Shown one piece after another: positions 50,429 through 59,941 of a DNA stretch of 64,000 nt. The notes beneath the pieces are model-generated. The model searched no databases and was not told where the DNA came from. It saw only the letters and a list, made by a program, of their open reading frames with translations. The translations under genes were made by a program, and so were the position numbers. This DNA comes from a virus (taxonomy: Duplodnaviria; Caudoviricetes). Numbering within the stretch: the stretch's first letter is position 1; each line of letters opens with the position of its first letter. The stretch lies in the IMG/VR virus record IMGVR_UViG_3300029286_001711; one strand, written 5' to 3'.

Positions 50429-51497
50429 CGTAAAAAGTCTCATTGTTGAATCAGTGAGTAAATTAGAGAAGAAAGATTTTAAAATCTATTTCTTCGTCAT
50501 GGATACCAAAGGTAATCCTTTAGCTTCAGTAGCTACAATATATGAACACGCTAAATTATTGCGTGAATTAGGGTATGAATCGTTGATTCTCCATGAAAAA
50601 AATGATTACGCCCCAATGGGGTTATCATTAGGTGATGAGTACGCACAGATACCTCACGTTTCAATAGAAGGTGGACAGTTAAAAGTTAATACACAGGATT
50701 TTATTGTAATACCTGAAATTTTCTCTAATGTTATGGAACAAACAGCAAAGTTACCAAGTAAGAGAATTGTATTTTCACAATCGTATGACTATATCTTTGA
50801 AATGTTATTACCTGGAAAAAATTGGGCAGATTTTGGTATTACCGATGTAATTACTACAACGGAAAAACAAAAAGAGTATGTTGAAAACCTTTTCAGTAAG
50901 AGAGTTAAAGCTGAAGTAATACCTGTGAGTATTCCAGAATATTTTAAACCTTCAGATACACCTAAAAAACCAATCATCGCCATCTCAACTCGTGACCAAA
51001 GAGATTTGGTTAAAATTTACAAAACATTTTATTTAAAATACCCTCACCTTAAGTGGGTGTCATTCCGTGACATGAGAGGTTTACCTAAAGAATCTTTCGC
51101 TAAAGCATTGAGTGAATCTTGTTTAGCTATTTGGATTGATGAAGAATCATCTTTTGGTACTTTCCCTTTAGAGGCTATGAAATCTAATGTACCTGTTTTA
51201 GGTAAAGTTCCTAATATGGTACCAGAATGGATGGATGATAAAAACGGTCTTTGGACTCATGATATTTTAATGGTTGCTGATTTAGCGGCAAACTATTTTC
51301 AAACTTGGTTAGAAGATGGTGAACCACAAGAACTATTTGATGAAATGTCAAAAGCAAAAGAATTATATACCGTTTCAAAACAAAAAGAAAAAATTGAAGA
51401 AGTTTACGGTAAATTTTTCCAAAATAGAATTAACGAACTTAAAGCTATGTTACCAGCTGAAGTTGAAAATAACGTAGAACCACAAAAAACTGTTTAA
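50418..51497 (+). CDS. GT-B (GT4-like) glycosyltransferase
   Basis: VIPEIF, ESSFGTFPLEAMKSNVPV. Confidence 0.75.
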   Translation: MEDNVKSLIVESVSKLEKKDFKIYFFVMDTKGNPLASVATIYEHAKLLRELGYESLILHEKNDYAPMGLSLGDEYAQIPHVSIEGGQLKVNTQDFIVIPEIFSNVMEQTAKLPSKRIVFSQSYDYIFEMLLPGKNWADFGITDVITTTEKQKEYVENLFSKRVKAEVIPVSIPEYFKPSDTPKKPIIAISTRDQRDLVKIYKTFYLKYPHLKWVSFRDMRGLPKESFAKALSESCLAIWIDEESSFGTFPLEAMKSNVPVLGKVPNMVPEWMDDKNGLWTHDILMVADLAANYFQTWLEDGEPQELFDEMSKAKELYTVSKQKEKIEEVYGKFFQNRINELKAMLPAEVENNVEPQKTV

Positions 51498-51498
51498 A

Positions 51499-52290
51499 AT
51501 GATTAATACAACTGTTATATTACCAATCCATAAAATGGATGATACTATTAGTTCTTATTTAGAAAAGGCTATTAAGAGTATCGAAAATCAAAAAGTTAAA
51601 CCAGAGGAATTATTAATTGTAGTTCCAAAAGGGTTAGAAATTAAAGTTGAAACACCTACTGATGTTAAGTTAAGAATTATCGAAAATGAAGGTAATATTG
51701 ATTTCGTATCACAAGTTAATCTTGGTGTTGAAAACGTGAAAACCACATATTTTAGTATTCTAGAAGTAGATGATGAATATTCTAAGATTTGGTTTGATAA
51801 TGTTGCTAAACATATTGAAGCTTATAACGAAGTTGATGTTTTCTTACCGATAGTACTTGATGTATCTGTAGAAGGTAGATTTTTACATTTCACAAATGAA
51901 CCTGTTTGGGCAAAAGAATTTTCGGATAAACTAGGTTTCTTAGACAATGACGCATTACTTAATTACCCAAACTTCCAACTTTCGGGAGCGGTTATTAAAG
52001 TTGAGGCTTTTAAAGCTGTTGGTGGGTTAAAACCAAGTATTAAATTACATTTTATCTATGAGTTCTTATTAAGAATGTCATATTACGATAAAAAGATGAT
52101 GACAGTACCTAAATTAGGTTATAAGAAAACCAATATGAGACCTGATTCACTTTTCTTTAACTACTACAATGGTGAAGAAAAAATTGATACAATCGAAGCA
52201 AGATTTTGGTTTAACACCGCAAGAAAAGAGTGTTATTTTAAAAACGATCGTGGAATAAAATTTGATAGAGAAAATGCTACAATCCAATAA
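51499..52290 (+). CDS. GT-A (GT2-like) glycosyltransferase
   Basis: TVILPIH, FVSQVNLGV, SILEVDD. Confidence 0.7.
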   Translation: MINTTVILPIHKMDDTISSYLEKAIKSIENQKVKPEELLIVVPKGLEIKVETPTDVKLRIIENEGNIDFVSQVNLGVENVKTTYFSILEVDDEYSKIWFDNVAKHIEAYNEVDVFLPIVLDVSVEGRFLHFTNEPVWAKEFSDKLGFLDNDALLNYPNFQLSGAVIKVEAFKAVGGLKPSIKLHFIYEFLLRMSYYDKKMMTVPKLGYKKTNMRPDSLFFNYYNGEEKIDTIEARFWFNTARKECYFKNDRGIKFDRENATIQ

Positions 52291-53063
52291 TGGAAGAGGA
52301 GAAAAAAAGAGGCCGAAAGCCCGCAAAGGATCCTTATTTTGGTATAATACAAGAAGACGCTGTTAAAGAATTCCTATCATTAGGCTGTATGGTTGAAGAT
52401 AAGAGGGCCATAGACGGTTTCATGTGGACTGGTACAACCAAAGAAGAATTTAGACGTAACGAAATATATCGATTACATCTTCAAAGTCCCCTTAATACTA
52501 TGATTGAAAGTATTATTAGGAGATATAAACTTTATTCTAAGAACATGTCTTTTGAGGACTTACACTCAGATACTTTATCATTTTTAATGATAAAATTCCA
52601 TAAATTTAAGCCAGCAAAGAATAAAAAATCATATTCTTATTACGGTACTGTTTGTAAACATTATCTTTTAGGTAAATTAATTAAAGACGATAAAAAACTA
52701 AAAACATTAATTTCATATGAAGACATTTCTTCTGAATTGGAGGAAAATGAAGACCTATCTTATAATATTGACAACCAAGAAGTAGATTTAACATTCTTAC
52801 TGGAAGATATTTGTTCTAGTATTAAAGAAGAATTAGAAAATAAAATTCTAAATGAAAACGAAATCAGAGTTGGCAACGCTTTAATATCAATTTTAGAAAA
52901 TTGGGAGGGTGTCTTCGAAGGTCAAGAGGCGACAAACAAATACAACAAAAATCTTATATTATATTACATGAGAGAAATTACAGCTCTTAGTACAAAAGAC
53001 ATAAGAAACGCAATGAAACGATATAAAACAATTTATAAGTTAATTAAAGATGGTGGTTTATAA
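52290..53063 (+). CDS. Phage sigma factor (gp55-like, sigma70 region 2 only)
   Basis: FEDLHSDTLSFLMIKFHKFKPAKNKKSYSYYGTVCKHYL aligns with sigma region 2.2-2.4; no region-4 HTH evident. Confidence 0.75.
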   Translation: MEEEKKRGRKPAKDPYFGIIQEDAVKEFLSLGCMVEDKRAIDGFMWTGTTKEEFRRNEIYRLHLQSPLNTMIESIIRRYKLYSKNMSFEDLHSDTLSFLMIKFHKFKPAKNKKSYSYYGTVCKHYLLGKLIKDDKKLKTLISYEDISSELEENEDLSYNIDNQEVDLTFLLEDICSSIKEELENKILNENEIRVGNALISILENWEGVFEGQEATNKYNKNLILYYMREITALSTKDIRNAMKRYKTIYKLIKDGGL

Positions 53064-53078
53064 AAAACCACCATTTTG
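53050..53078 (+). terminator. Hairpin/terminator overlapping the sigma stop codon
   Basis: ATGGTGGTTT-ATAAA-AAACCACCAT-TTTG. Confidence 0.6.
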
Positions 53079-53103
53079 ATATTTATAAGCAAATAAACTG
53101 TTT

Positions 53104-53499
53104 ATGGCAAGACCGAAGAAAAAAGAAGTTAAATTAACAACAGATAGTTTTTTATCTATGGCTCAAGAGGCCTATAATGAACTTGTTGAACAAAGAAGTA
53201 CTTGTATTAGAACTATTAACGAAAATAAAACTAAAGTTAATGTCGAAGACATGCATGATTTAGCTAATCTTAATAAAGCAAATACTGATTTATTAAAAAT
53301 TGTCGATACAACTATAGATAAAAAATTAAGTCTAGTTAAGTTACTTAGTCAATTAATCTTTAAACCAGGTTCTAGTACTGGTGAAAATACATCTGATGGT
53401 AACATATCACCAGAAGATATGGTATTGTTAAGGGATCTTTTCAAAGATGACGGTGATAAAAAAGATGACAACGATAAAAAAGACTATAAAATTAAATAA
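53104..53499 (+). CDS. Hypothetical late protein
   Basis: 131 aa; late motif at 53080-53087. Confidence 0.75.
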   Translation: MARPKKKEVKLTTDSFLSMAQEAYNELVEQRSTCIRTINENKTKVNVEDMHDLANLNKANTDLLKIVDTTIDKKLSLVKLLSQLIFKPGSSTGENTSDGNISPEDMVLLRDLFKDDGDKKDDNDKKDYKIK

Positions 53500-54933
53500 A
53501 TGGGGTTCATCAATGATAAACAACAAGCCATTAATAATGTTGCTCTTTTTGAGGTATTAGGAAATTTACCAAAAGGAAGGTCAACATCCTCCCTGCAATC
53601 TGTTATATCAAAAAATAAAAATCTATTACCTTATTTAATCGATTTACTAAGTGTTACTTGTAAAGATAACGCTAAGTCACCCAAGGATAAGGGTAAGTGT
53701 GAGGCGGCAAGAATATTAGTTGAAATATTAATACAATTCTTTCCGGCATTAATTAAAATACTAAAAGAGGGGTTCATCCAGGGTATTAAAGCTGGTTTAG
53801 CTTGTGGGGCTGATTTTACAATACCAAGTCCAACACCAGTTATGACGGTTAAAGTAAAAGAAATCGATTTCGATGGTTTACTTAAAATTAACCCATCTTC
53901 AAGTAATGGTTCAATGTTTTATGGAAAAAATGCCACCACAGATTTTAATTGGTTTTTATATAACCTAATACAAACGGGTGGTTTTGCGTCTTGGAAAAAT
54001 ATATTGGATGTTACGTATTTACCTTTAACACAGGAATTTACAATGCAAATTAATAGTTCTTTTAGTGGTAGGAAATTCGATGATTTTCTAATTGCTTACA
54101 TCAACTCAATGGAACTACTTTCATTAGAAAATATGATGTCTAAATTAATGAATAACTTAACTGGTTCATTAGGTGCTAACCTACCAAATGTTAATGCAAG
54201 TTTAGATTCGTTAATAGCAAAAGAAAAAACTAACTCATTACAAGAAAGAATAACTAGTACCGATCCTTATAAAGAGGAATATCAGACAGATGATAGTTTT
54301 TTCAAATTTAGTAATGATGAGTTATTTGAAATAGAAAATGTCGCTAATCAAAAATATTTAGGTACCATTAATATAGATTTGGGGTGTGGTTTATTAGCTC
54401 TAACTTCAGATCCACAAGTGGTTAAATCAGTGTTTGATGAAGTAAGAAATACACCACCTTCTAAGGTTAATGTTGTTGTTGAAAAATCTATGACAACATT
54501 AAATAATAATTTAACGGTGGGTGTTCCAGAAGAAGATAAGAAAAAATCTAAAGAATCTCTTAATTTTAAATTAATTAATGATTTTCCTAAAGTATTAACC
54601 AATGTTGGTTTAGAACCTAAAATTGTTGCACTATATCAAATATCATCGAAAACTATTAATGACATTACTGTTAAAGCAACTAACGGTTTTGATTATGCTA
54701 AAGCGACCAAAGTTTTTTTTGAGTTCATTTCCAGAGAGTCTTTAGCGGCTTTAATAGAAATTATATTTAAACAAGTTAAACATGAACTCATAAAATTAGT
54801 TGCTGAGATTGGTGTTAAAATTGTTAAAGAACAGGCAAAAATAAAAATGAAAGCAATAGCGAGTATTGTAACTGGTGTTGTTGAAGGTGCAATTATAACT
54901 ATGCCAACGCCTAACACTTCAGAATTCACATAA
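53500..54933 (+). CDS. Hypothetical virion (baseplate region) protein
   Basis: 477-aa ORF in the late operon leading to the spike gene. Confidence 0.7.
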   Translation: MGFINDKQQAINNVALFEVLGNLPKGRSTSSLQSVISKNKNLLPYLIDLLSVTCKDNAKSPKDKGKCEAARILVEILIQFFPALIKILKEGFIQGIKAGLACGADFTIPSPTPVMTVKVKEIDFDGLLKINPSSSNGSMFYGKNATTDFNWFLYNLIQTGGFASWKNILDVTYLPLTQEFTMQINSSFSGRKFDDFLIAYINSMELLSLENMMSKLMNNLTGSLGANLPNVNASLDSLIAKEKTNSLQERITSTDPYKEEYQTDDSFFKFSNDELFEIENVANQKYLGTINIDLGCGLLALTSDPQVVKSVFDEVRNTPPSKVNVVVEKSMTTLNNNLTVGVPEEDKKKSKESLNFKLINDFPKVLTNVGLEPKIVALYQISSKTINDITVKATNGFDYAKATKVFFEFISRESLAALIEIIFKQVKHELIKLVAEIGVKIVKEQAKIKMKAIASIVTGVVEGAIITMPTPNTSEFT

Positions 54934-54935
54934 AA

Positions 54936-55364
54936 ATGGGAAAATGTAAAGAAATAAATCCGAATTGTACGGATTTTAAAAATCCAAATTCAATTTTAGC
55001 CTCTTTGTTAAATTTATTTAAATTACCAACTTCGAGGTCTTCATCCATGCCAACACCTTTGATTTTAGCCTCAACAGCTAGACCTGGATTAAGTCCATCA
55101 AAGGTTGCGGCAAGAATAATTCAGAGACAGGCTGACGCCGGTATACCAGTAGGCCCACTACCAAGTGGTAAAGTATCACCCGCTGAAATAATGGAACGAA
55201 TTAGGATGGAAGAAATTATTGGTGCAATAACATCGGAGATGGTTATTGATGTGGCTGTAAAGCCTGGTACTATTATTCAAGGTACTGGTGGTAACGCTGG
55301 TGGACCAGTACAGGTTGCTGGTAGTGTTGTCGGTATCGCCTCAGGTAATGCAACAGCTAGATAG
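54936..55364 (+). CDS. Hypothetical baseplate-region protein
   Basis: 142 aa; Gly-rich beta C-terminus GGNAGGPVQVAGS. Confidence 0.7.
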   Translation: MGKCKEINPNCTDFKNPNSILASLLNLFKLPTSRSSSMPTPLILASTARPGLSPSKVAARIIQRQADAGIPVGPLPSGKVSPAEIMERIRMEEIIGAITSEMVIDVAVKPGTIIQGTGGNAGGPVQVAGSVVGIASGNATAR

Positions 55365-55366
55365 TT

Positions 55367-55549
55367 ATGGAAAATATTAAAAATAAAGGTAATGTTGAGT
55401 TGACCCAAATTCAAAAAGAATTAGCGACTGAATTCGAATCTGTCAGAAAAGATTTAATTAAAGTTTATGATTATTGGATTTCAGTTGAAAAAAAATATAA
55501 TGAAGTTACTAACGAATTAAATTCAAGATTCGGAATAGATAATAAGTAA
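55367..55549 (+). CDS. Small coiled-coil protein
   Basis: 60-aa ORF in operon. Confidence 0.65.
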   Translation: MENIKNKGNVELTQIQKELATEFESVRKDLIKVYDYWISVEKKYNEVTNELNSRFGIDNK

Positions 55550-55564
55550 TTAAAAAAGGTATAA

Positions 55565-56659
55565 ATGAGTGATCAAGTTTGGGGTAGTGTCACTATAGAC
55601 CAAAAAACTTTTCCCCTGTGGCATTATGGTATTGTTGTTTCTATTGACGATCCTTATGTAGCTGGTAGAATTAGGGTTAGAATAGAAGGTGTCGATAATG
55701 ATATCTCACAATCAAATGAATTATTAGATCCAGATAAAGGTGGACTCCCTTGGTGTCAACCCTTGATGCCGAAATTTATTAATGTTGTACCTATTGTAGG
55801 TGAGACTGTTAAAGTCGCTGTATTTGATTTTCGTAATAAAAAAATAAGAAGAGAATATATAGGCCCTGTAATCTCACAACAAAGACCACCAGAATTACTT
55901 AAGTCACCATTTTTCCCTAATAAATGGCGTGTTGAAGTTGGTAATTACAATGGAGCTTGGACTGAAGATCCTGAATCTTTAGATGGTAGCTGGAAAATAT
56001 ATCCAGATAAAGAAGATATTGCATTATTGGGTAGGAGAAATACTGATATTATTTTAAGAAATAAATCTGAATATGATGAAATAATATTAAGAGCTGGTAA
56101 AATAGATTATAAAGATATTATTGATCCTTCAAATGGTAGTAATAACAGCAATATTTTAGGGGGTAATTTCAAATTAAACAAAGTTAACCCCGCTTACATT
56201 ACAATAAACCACACACTACCACAAACTTTTACATCTACAAATGAAGAGGATGTCACAAAGAAAAAATTAAATTTAGATGATGATAGAACCCACATCAATG
56301 TGGTTGCAGATAAGATTAATCTTATTAGTCACGAAGGTTCGTCAATACGTGGTTACGCACCGGCTATTTTGAAGGGTGATGATGTATTAACCCAACTTAA
56401 AACAGAAAACGATGATTTACATCCGTTACTATATGGTGATGTTTTATGGGATTTTATGACTAAAATGAGAGCCTTTGTTGAGGGCCATATACATCCTTAT
56501 AGTGGGTTACCTCCAGATCCTTCTTTAGTTACATCAGATTTAATAACTTGGTTTAATAATAATATGGGTAAAAAGACGACCAAGAAAAATTTAGATGATA
56601 CACCATATACAGATATTGAAGGTTGTACATTCTTAAGTCGTGGTGTTAAAACTAATTAA
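55565..56659 (+). CDS. Baseplate central spike, gp5/VgrG-like OB-fold (no lysozyme domain)
   Basis: GIVVSIDDP..GRIRVRI, LPWCQPLMP, VPIVGETV; C-terminal HIH metal motif. Confidence 0.8.
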   Translation: MSDQVWGSVTIDQKTFPLWHYGIVVSIDDPYVAGRIRVRIEGVDNDISQSNELLDPDKGGLPWCQPLMPKFINVVPIVGETVKVAVFDFRNKKIRREYIGPVISQQRPPELLKSPFFPNKWRVEVGNYNGAWTEDPESLDGSWKIYPDKEDIALLGRRNTDIILRNKSEYDEIILRAGKIDYKDIIDPSNGSNNSNILGGNFKLNKVNPAYITINHTLPQTFTSTNEEDVTKKKLNLDDDRTHINVVADKINLISHEGSSIRGYAPAILKGDDVLTQLKTENDDLHPLLYGDVLWDFMTKMRAFVEGHIHPYSGLPPDPSLVTSDLITWFNNNMGKKTTKKNLDDTPYTDIEGCTFLSRGVKTN

Positions 56660-56690
56660 ATCCTTGTGATATTTATTATAAAAAGATTTA

Positions 56691-58238
56691 ATGGGAATAT
56701 TACGTTCATACTTCTCCAAAGACAATACAATTGTTAGAAATTCGTCTGTTAATACAGGGAGGAATCCTATTGTGGAGTTATTCCATGGTGGTTCACTTAA
56801 TCCAGATTTATTAAAATATTCAAGATACATTTTCGATGTTGATTTTGAACAAATTATTCAAAAAATAAACACAAAAGAAATTGGTTCTGTTACTAATATG
56901 AGACACGTTCTCAAAATGACTAACACTTCCTGTTTTGACGAAGAACAATTTTGTCGCACTGTTTCATCTTGTATAGGTGATATTAAAAGAGCTACGTGTT
57001 TTGATTTAACACTTTTTGAGGTACCTGAATCCTGGTGTGAAGGTAACGGTTACGATTACACACCAATAAAAGTTTCATGTGCTGACGGTGATAAAACATA
57101 TTGTGAAGGACCTTCAAATTGGTTCCAAAGAGAAAGTTTAATTACGTGTTGGTCAAATGAAGGGATTTATAACGACCCAACCAATTGGTGTTCCAGTTCT
57201 GGAACAACTTCAGGTTCTTCTGGTACAACAGTATGTAGTGGTGGAACTAATTTAGTGGTTGCCACACAACACTTCGACCATGGAGATGAAAACGTATGTA
57301 TCGATATAACAGACTACATTAACGGTCTTATATTGAGTGGATATACAGGTTTAACCTACGGTTTAGGTTTAGCTTTCCATTATCCTTTAGAAATTGCTCC
57401 ATTGGCCGATGCAGAATATGTCGGATTCTTTGGTAGAGAAACGAATACGGTTTATGAACCATTCCTTGAGACAACTTGGGATGATGTTATTAAAGATGAC
57501 CGTAACAAATTCTATTTAAATAAATGTAATGATATATGTCTTTATGTTAACGCAGGTGGACAAGCTGTTAACGCCACTTTTACTGGTGTTACAATATATA
57601 ACCAAAACGATAATGTGTTCATGTCAATCCCACCGTCTGGTATTACACAAATAACAACTGGTGTTTATTCGGTTAATATTTGTGTCGATGATGATCCTAT
57701 CTCTGGATATTGTGGAAATATTCAATTCCGTGATGTTTGGGAAGGGGTTAAAATTGGTAATAAAAAATTAGGTGATGTTGAACTTACTTTCATTGTAAAA
57801 GACGATACTGGATATTATAATATTGGTTCCACTTTAAGTGCTGGTGCTAATGGATTGGGTGTTGGTGATTCAACTAACATGTCAATTTATGACTACGAAT
57901 TCAACGTTACTGGTATTAAATACAAAGAAAAAATTAAGAGAGGTGATACTAGACGAGTTAATGTAAATGTACGTATACCATATCAGTATGACCAATCAGC
58001 TATTATAGATAAAGTTTATTATAGAATTTATATTAAAGAAGGTGGTAGTGTTGAAATAGAATATATCGATTGGCATGAAGTAAGTAGAACTGTAGATGGT
58101 AACTTTTTCTTAGTTGATACATCTTGGTTTATACCTAATGATTATTTTATGGAACTTAAAATTGAATCTGGTAATGAAGTCAGAACTTATCCATCTGTAA
58201 TTCCATTCACAATTGTATCAGAAAAGGATTGGTGTTAA
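56691..58238 (+). CDS. Cys-rich conserved virion protein
   Basis: 515 aa; late motif at 56670-56677; SSSGTTSGSSGTT linker. Confidence 0.75.
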   Translation: MGILRSYFSKDNTIVRNSSVNTGRNPIVELFHGGSLNPDLLKYSRYIFDVDFEQIIQKINTKEIGSVTNMRHVLKMTNTSCFDEEQFCRTVSSCIGDIKRATCFDLTLFEVPESWCEGNGYDYTPIKVSCADGDKTYCEGPSNWFQRESLITCWSNEGIYNDPTNWCSSSGTTSGSSGTTVCSGGTNLVVATQHFDHGDENVCIDITDYINGLILSGYTGLTYGLGLAFHYPLEIAPLADAEYVGFFGRETNTVYEPFLETTWDDVIKDDRNKFYLNKCNDICLYVNAGGQAVNATFTGVTIYNQNDNVFMSIPPSGITQITTGVYSVNICVDDDPISGYCGNIQFRDVWEGVKIGNKKLGDVELTFIVKDDTGYYNIGSTLSAGANGLGVGDSTNMSIYDYEFNVTGIKYKEKIKRGDTRRVNVNVRIPYQYDQSAIIDKVYYRIYIKEGGSVEIEYIDWHEVSRTVDGNFFLVDTSWFIPNDYFMELKIESGNEVRTYPSVIPFTIVSEKDWC

Positions 58239-58252
58239 AACTGTTATAAAAT

Positions 58253-58281
58253 AAAAAACCCCGATTTTGTCGGGGTTTTTT
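58253..58281. terminator. Bidirectional terminator
   Basis: AAAAAACCCCGA-TTTTG-TCGGGGTTTTTT. Confidence 0.9.
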
Positions 58282-58298
58282 TATGCTTTGTTTAATTT

Positions 58299-58754
58299 TT
58301 AATAGAAATAAGGTTTTCCTGACTTTTGAGCGTCCATTCTTTTTCTAGTCATATCTTGTTGTTGATGTTTCATATAATCAACCTTCTTTACTTGTCTCTG
58401 TCTAACCAAGTGATTAGAAATGATTTCTTTAGATTTTCTAACTTTATCTTCAAGTTTACTAAAATCATTAACAATACCGTCGATTTCTTTACTGTAACCT
58501 TCAGCACCAGTTAATTTAGTGTTACATAAATCTTCAAATTTTCTTTTAGCATCTTGAACGACTCTAATAATGTCATCAATTCCAGGTAGTACACCATCAC
58601 CAACTTGTTTTACATTTGGTAATTTTTCTTCTTTTTCCTTTTTTTGAGTTGGTTGACCACCTTGTGCTGGGGCCGGTTGACCTTCATCTTCCTTGATGAT
58701 TTTCTTCACCAATCTTTCTATATCGTTTTCGTTAAGTCTAATTACTTTTTTCAT
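58299..58754 (-). CDS. Leader-bearing coiled-coil protein
   Basis: Start revised to ATG 58754 (MKKVIRLNENDIERLVKKIIKE|); late motif at 58770-58777. Confidence 0.8.
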   Translation of the reverse strand: MKKVIRLNENDIERLVKKIIKEDEGQPAPAQGGQPTQKKEKEEKLPNVKQVGDGVLPGIDDIIRVVQDAKRKFEDLCNTKLTGAEGYSKEIDGIVNDFSKLEDKVRKSKEIISNHLVRQRQVKKVDYMKHQQQDMTRKRMDAQKSGKPYFY

Positions 58755-58777
58755 GTGAAATTCTTTTATTATAAATA

Positions 58778-58808
58778 TTTGGTAGTTAATAAAAAATTCG
58801 TACATTTG
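58778..58808 (+). promoter_or_regulatory. Bacteroidota-type housekeeping promoter
   Basis: Exact TTTG(58778-58781)-N19-TACATTTG(58801-58808). Confidence 0.75.
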
Positions 58809-58812
58809 TATA

Positions 58813-59049
58813 ATGTTAAAATTTAATGTTGGTGATAGGGTTAGAAGGTTGAATGGATTACCATTTGATTGTAGTAACAGTCACGTAGGGAAAGTTGTTG
58901 GGTTGAAAGAATCTTGGGTTGAAATCGAAGGAGAAATCTATACCACCCCACACGGTCACGTAAAGACAAATTATTTTAACCCATATTTTTTAGTTAAAGT
59001 TGAGTTAGCTACAAAATTCATTAAAAAATATAATTTCATTAAAAATTAG
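58813..59049 (+). CDS. Small hypothetical (KOW-like) protein
   Basis: MLKFNVGDRV; follows a host-type promoter. Confidence 0.65.
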   Translation: MLKFNVGDRVRRLNGLPFDCSNSHVGKVVGLKESWVEIEGEIYTTPHGHVKTNYFNPYFLVKVELATKFIKKYNFIKN

Positions 59050-59080
59050 TTGACAGAATCGAATAAAATCAATAAGTTTA
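59050..59080 (+). promoter_or_regulatory. Bacteroidota-type promoter
   Basis: TTG(59050-59052)-N20-TAAGTTTA(59073-59080). Confidence 0.5.
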
Positions 59081-59111
59081 ATATATAAAATAAATAACCC
59101 CGTTTCAAATT

Positions 59112-59870
59112 ATGGCAAAGAAGAAAGATTTAAAGGACCAAAATCCGAAGTTTAGCATCGATTTAATTGATATTTTAGCTGAGAATGACCCATCAGTTAC
59201 AAACAAATATTTACCTTTCATGGTAAAACAAGCTGAGACTTGGATTGATTGGTTAAAAGAAGAATTAAAAACCAACACATTCAAAGAAATGTTTGATATT
59301 GTGAAAGAGTTTGAAGACTTAGCACAAAAGAATTTATTAGAAAATAAGGATATCTATTCTTATAGTAATAACACAGAGATTGTTGATACAATCAAATTGG
59401 CTCGTGAAAAAGTAACCAAGAGTCAGGTTAAAAAGTTTGAAACTGTCACACTTTTTGAAGATGACAAATTTTTGGTAATCCAACCTCTTACCTCACGTAG
59501 TTCTGGTATGTACGGTAAATCTACCAAATGGTGTGTGGCTTCTGACCAACACGATTTCAAAAAGTATTTTAACCAATACACAGAAAACGGTGTTTTAATC
59601 TACGTGATTGATAAATCCGTTAAGGAAGAAGAAACTCGTGAGAAAATCTACTCAAAAGTAGCTTTCCACCACGATAAAACCAAATCTGGTGATGGTGCGA
59701 CGACCATTTGGGACTCTAAAGACGCACAAGTTACAGCTGTGGGTATGATGGAACTTATGGCAAGTTTACCAAAAGAAGTTATAGACGCAGTCTTCACTAA
59801 CTTTAAAGGTAAAACCAATAAAGAGGTGGCCCGTGAAAAAGGGGTAAAAGAAGAATCTAAAAACTTCTAA
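59112..59870 (+). CDS. Hypothetical protein (YGxxTKWC motif)
   Basis: 252-aa ORF; SGMYGKSTKWCV. Confidence 0.75.
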   Translation: MAKKKDLKDQNPKFSIDLIDILAENDPSVTNKYLPFMVKQAETWIDWLKEELKTNTFKEMFDIVKEFEDLAQKNLLENKDIYSYSNNTEIVDTIKLAREKVTKSQVKKFETVTLFEDDKFLVIQPLTSRSSGMYGKSTKWCVASDQHDFKKYFNQYTENGVLIYVIDKSVKEEETREKIYSKVAFHHDKTKSGDGATTIWDSKDAQVTAVGMMELMASLPKEVIDAVFTNFKGKTNKEVAREKGVKEESKNF

Positions 59871-59894
59871 TCTTTAAAAGATATATGATAATAT

Positions 59895-59929
59895 AAAAAA
59901 GGGAGGGTTTACAATACTCTCCCTTTTTT
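59895..59929 (+). terminator. Terminator
   Basis: AAAAAAGGGAGGGT-N7-ACTCTCCCTTTTTT with one G-U pair. Confidence 0.8.
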
Positions 59930-59941
59930 TATTTTTATTAA

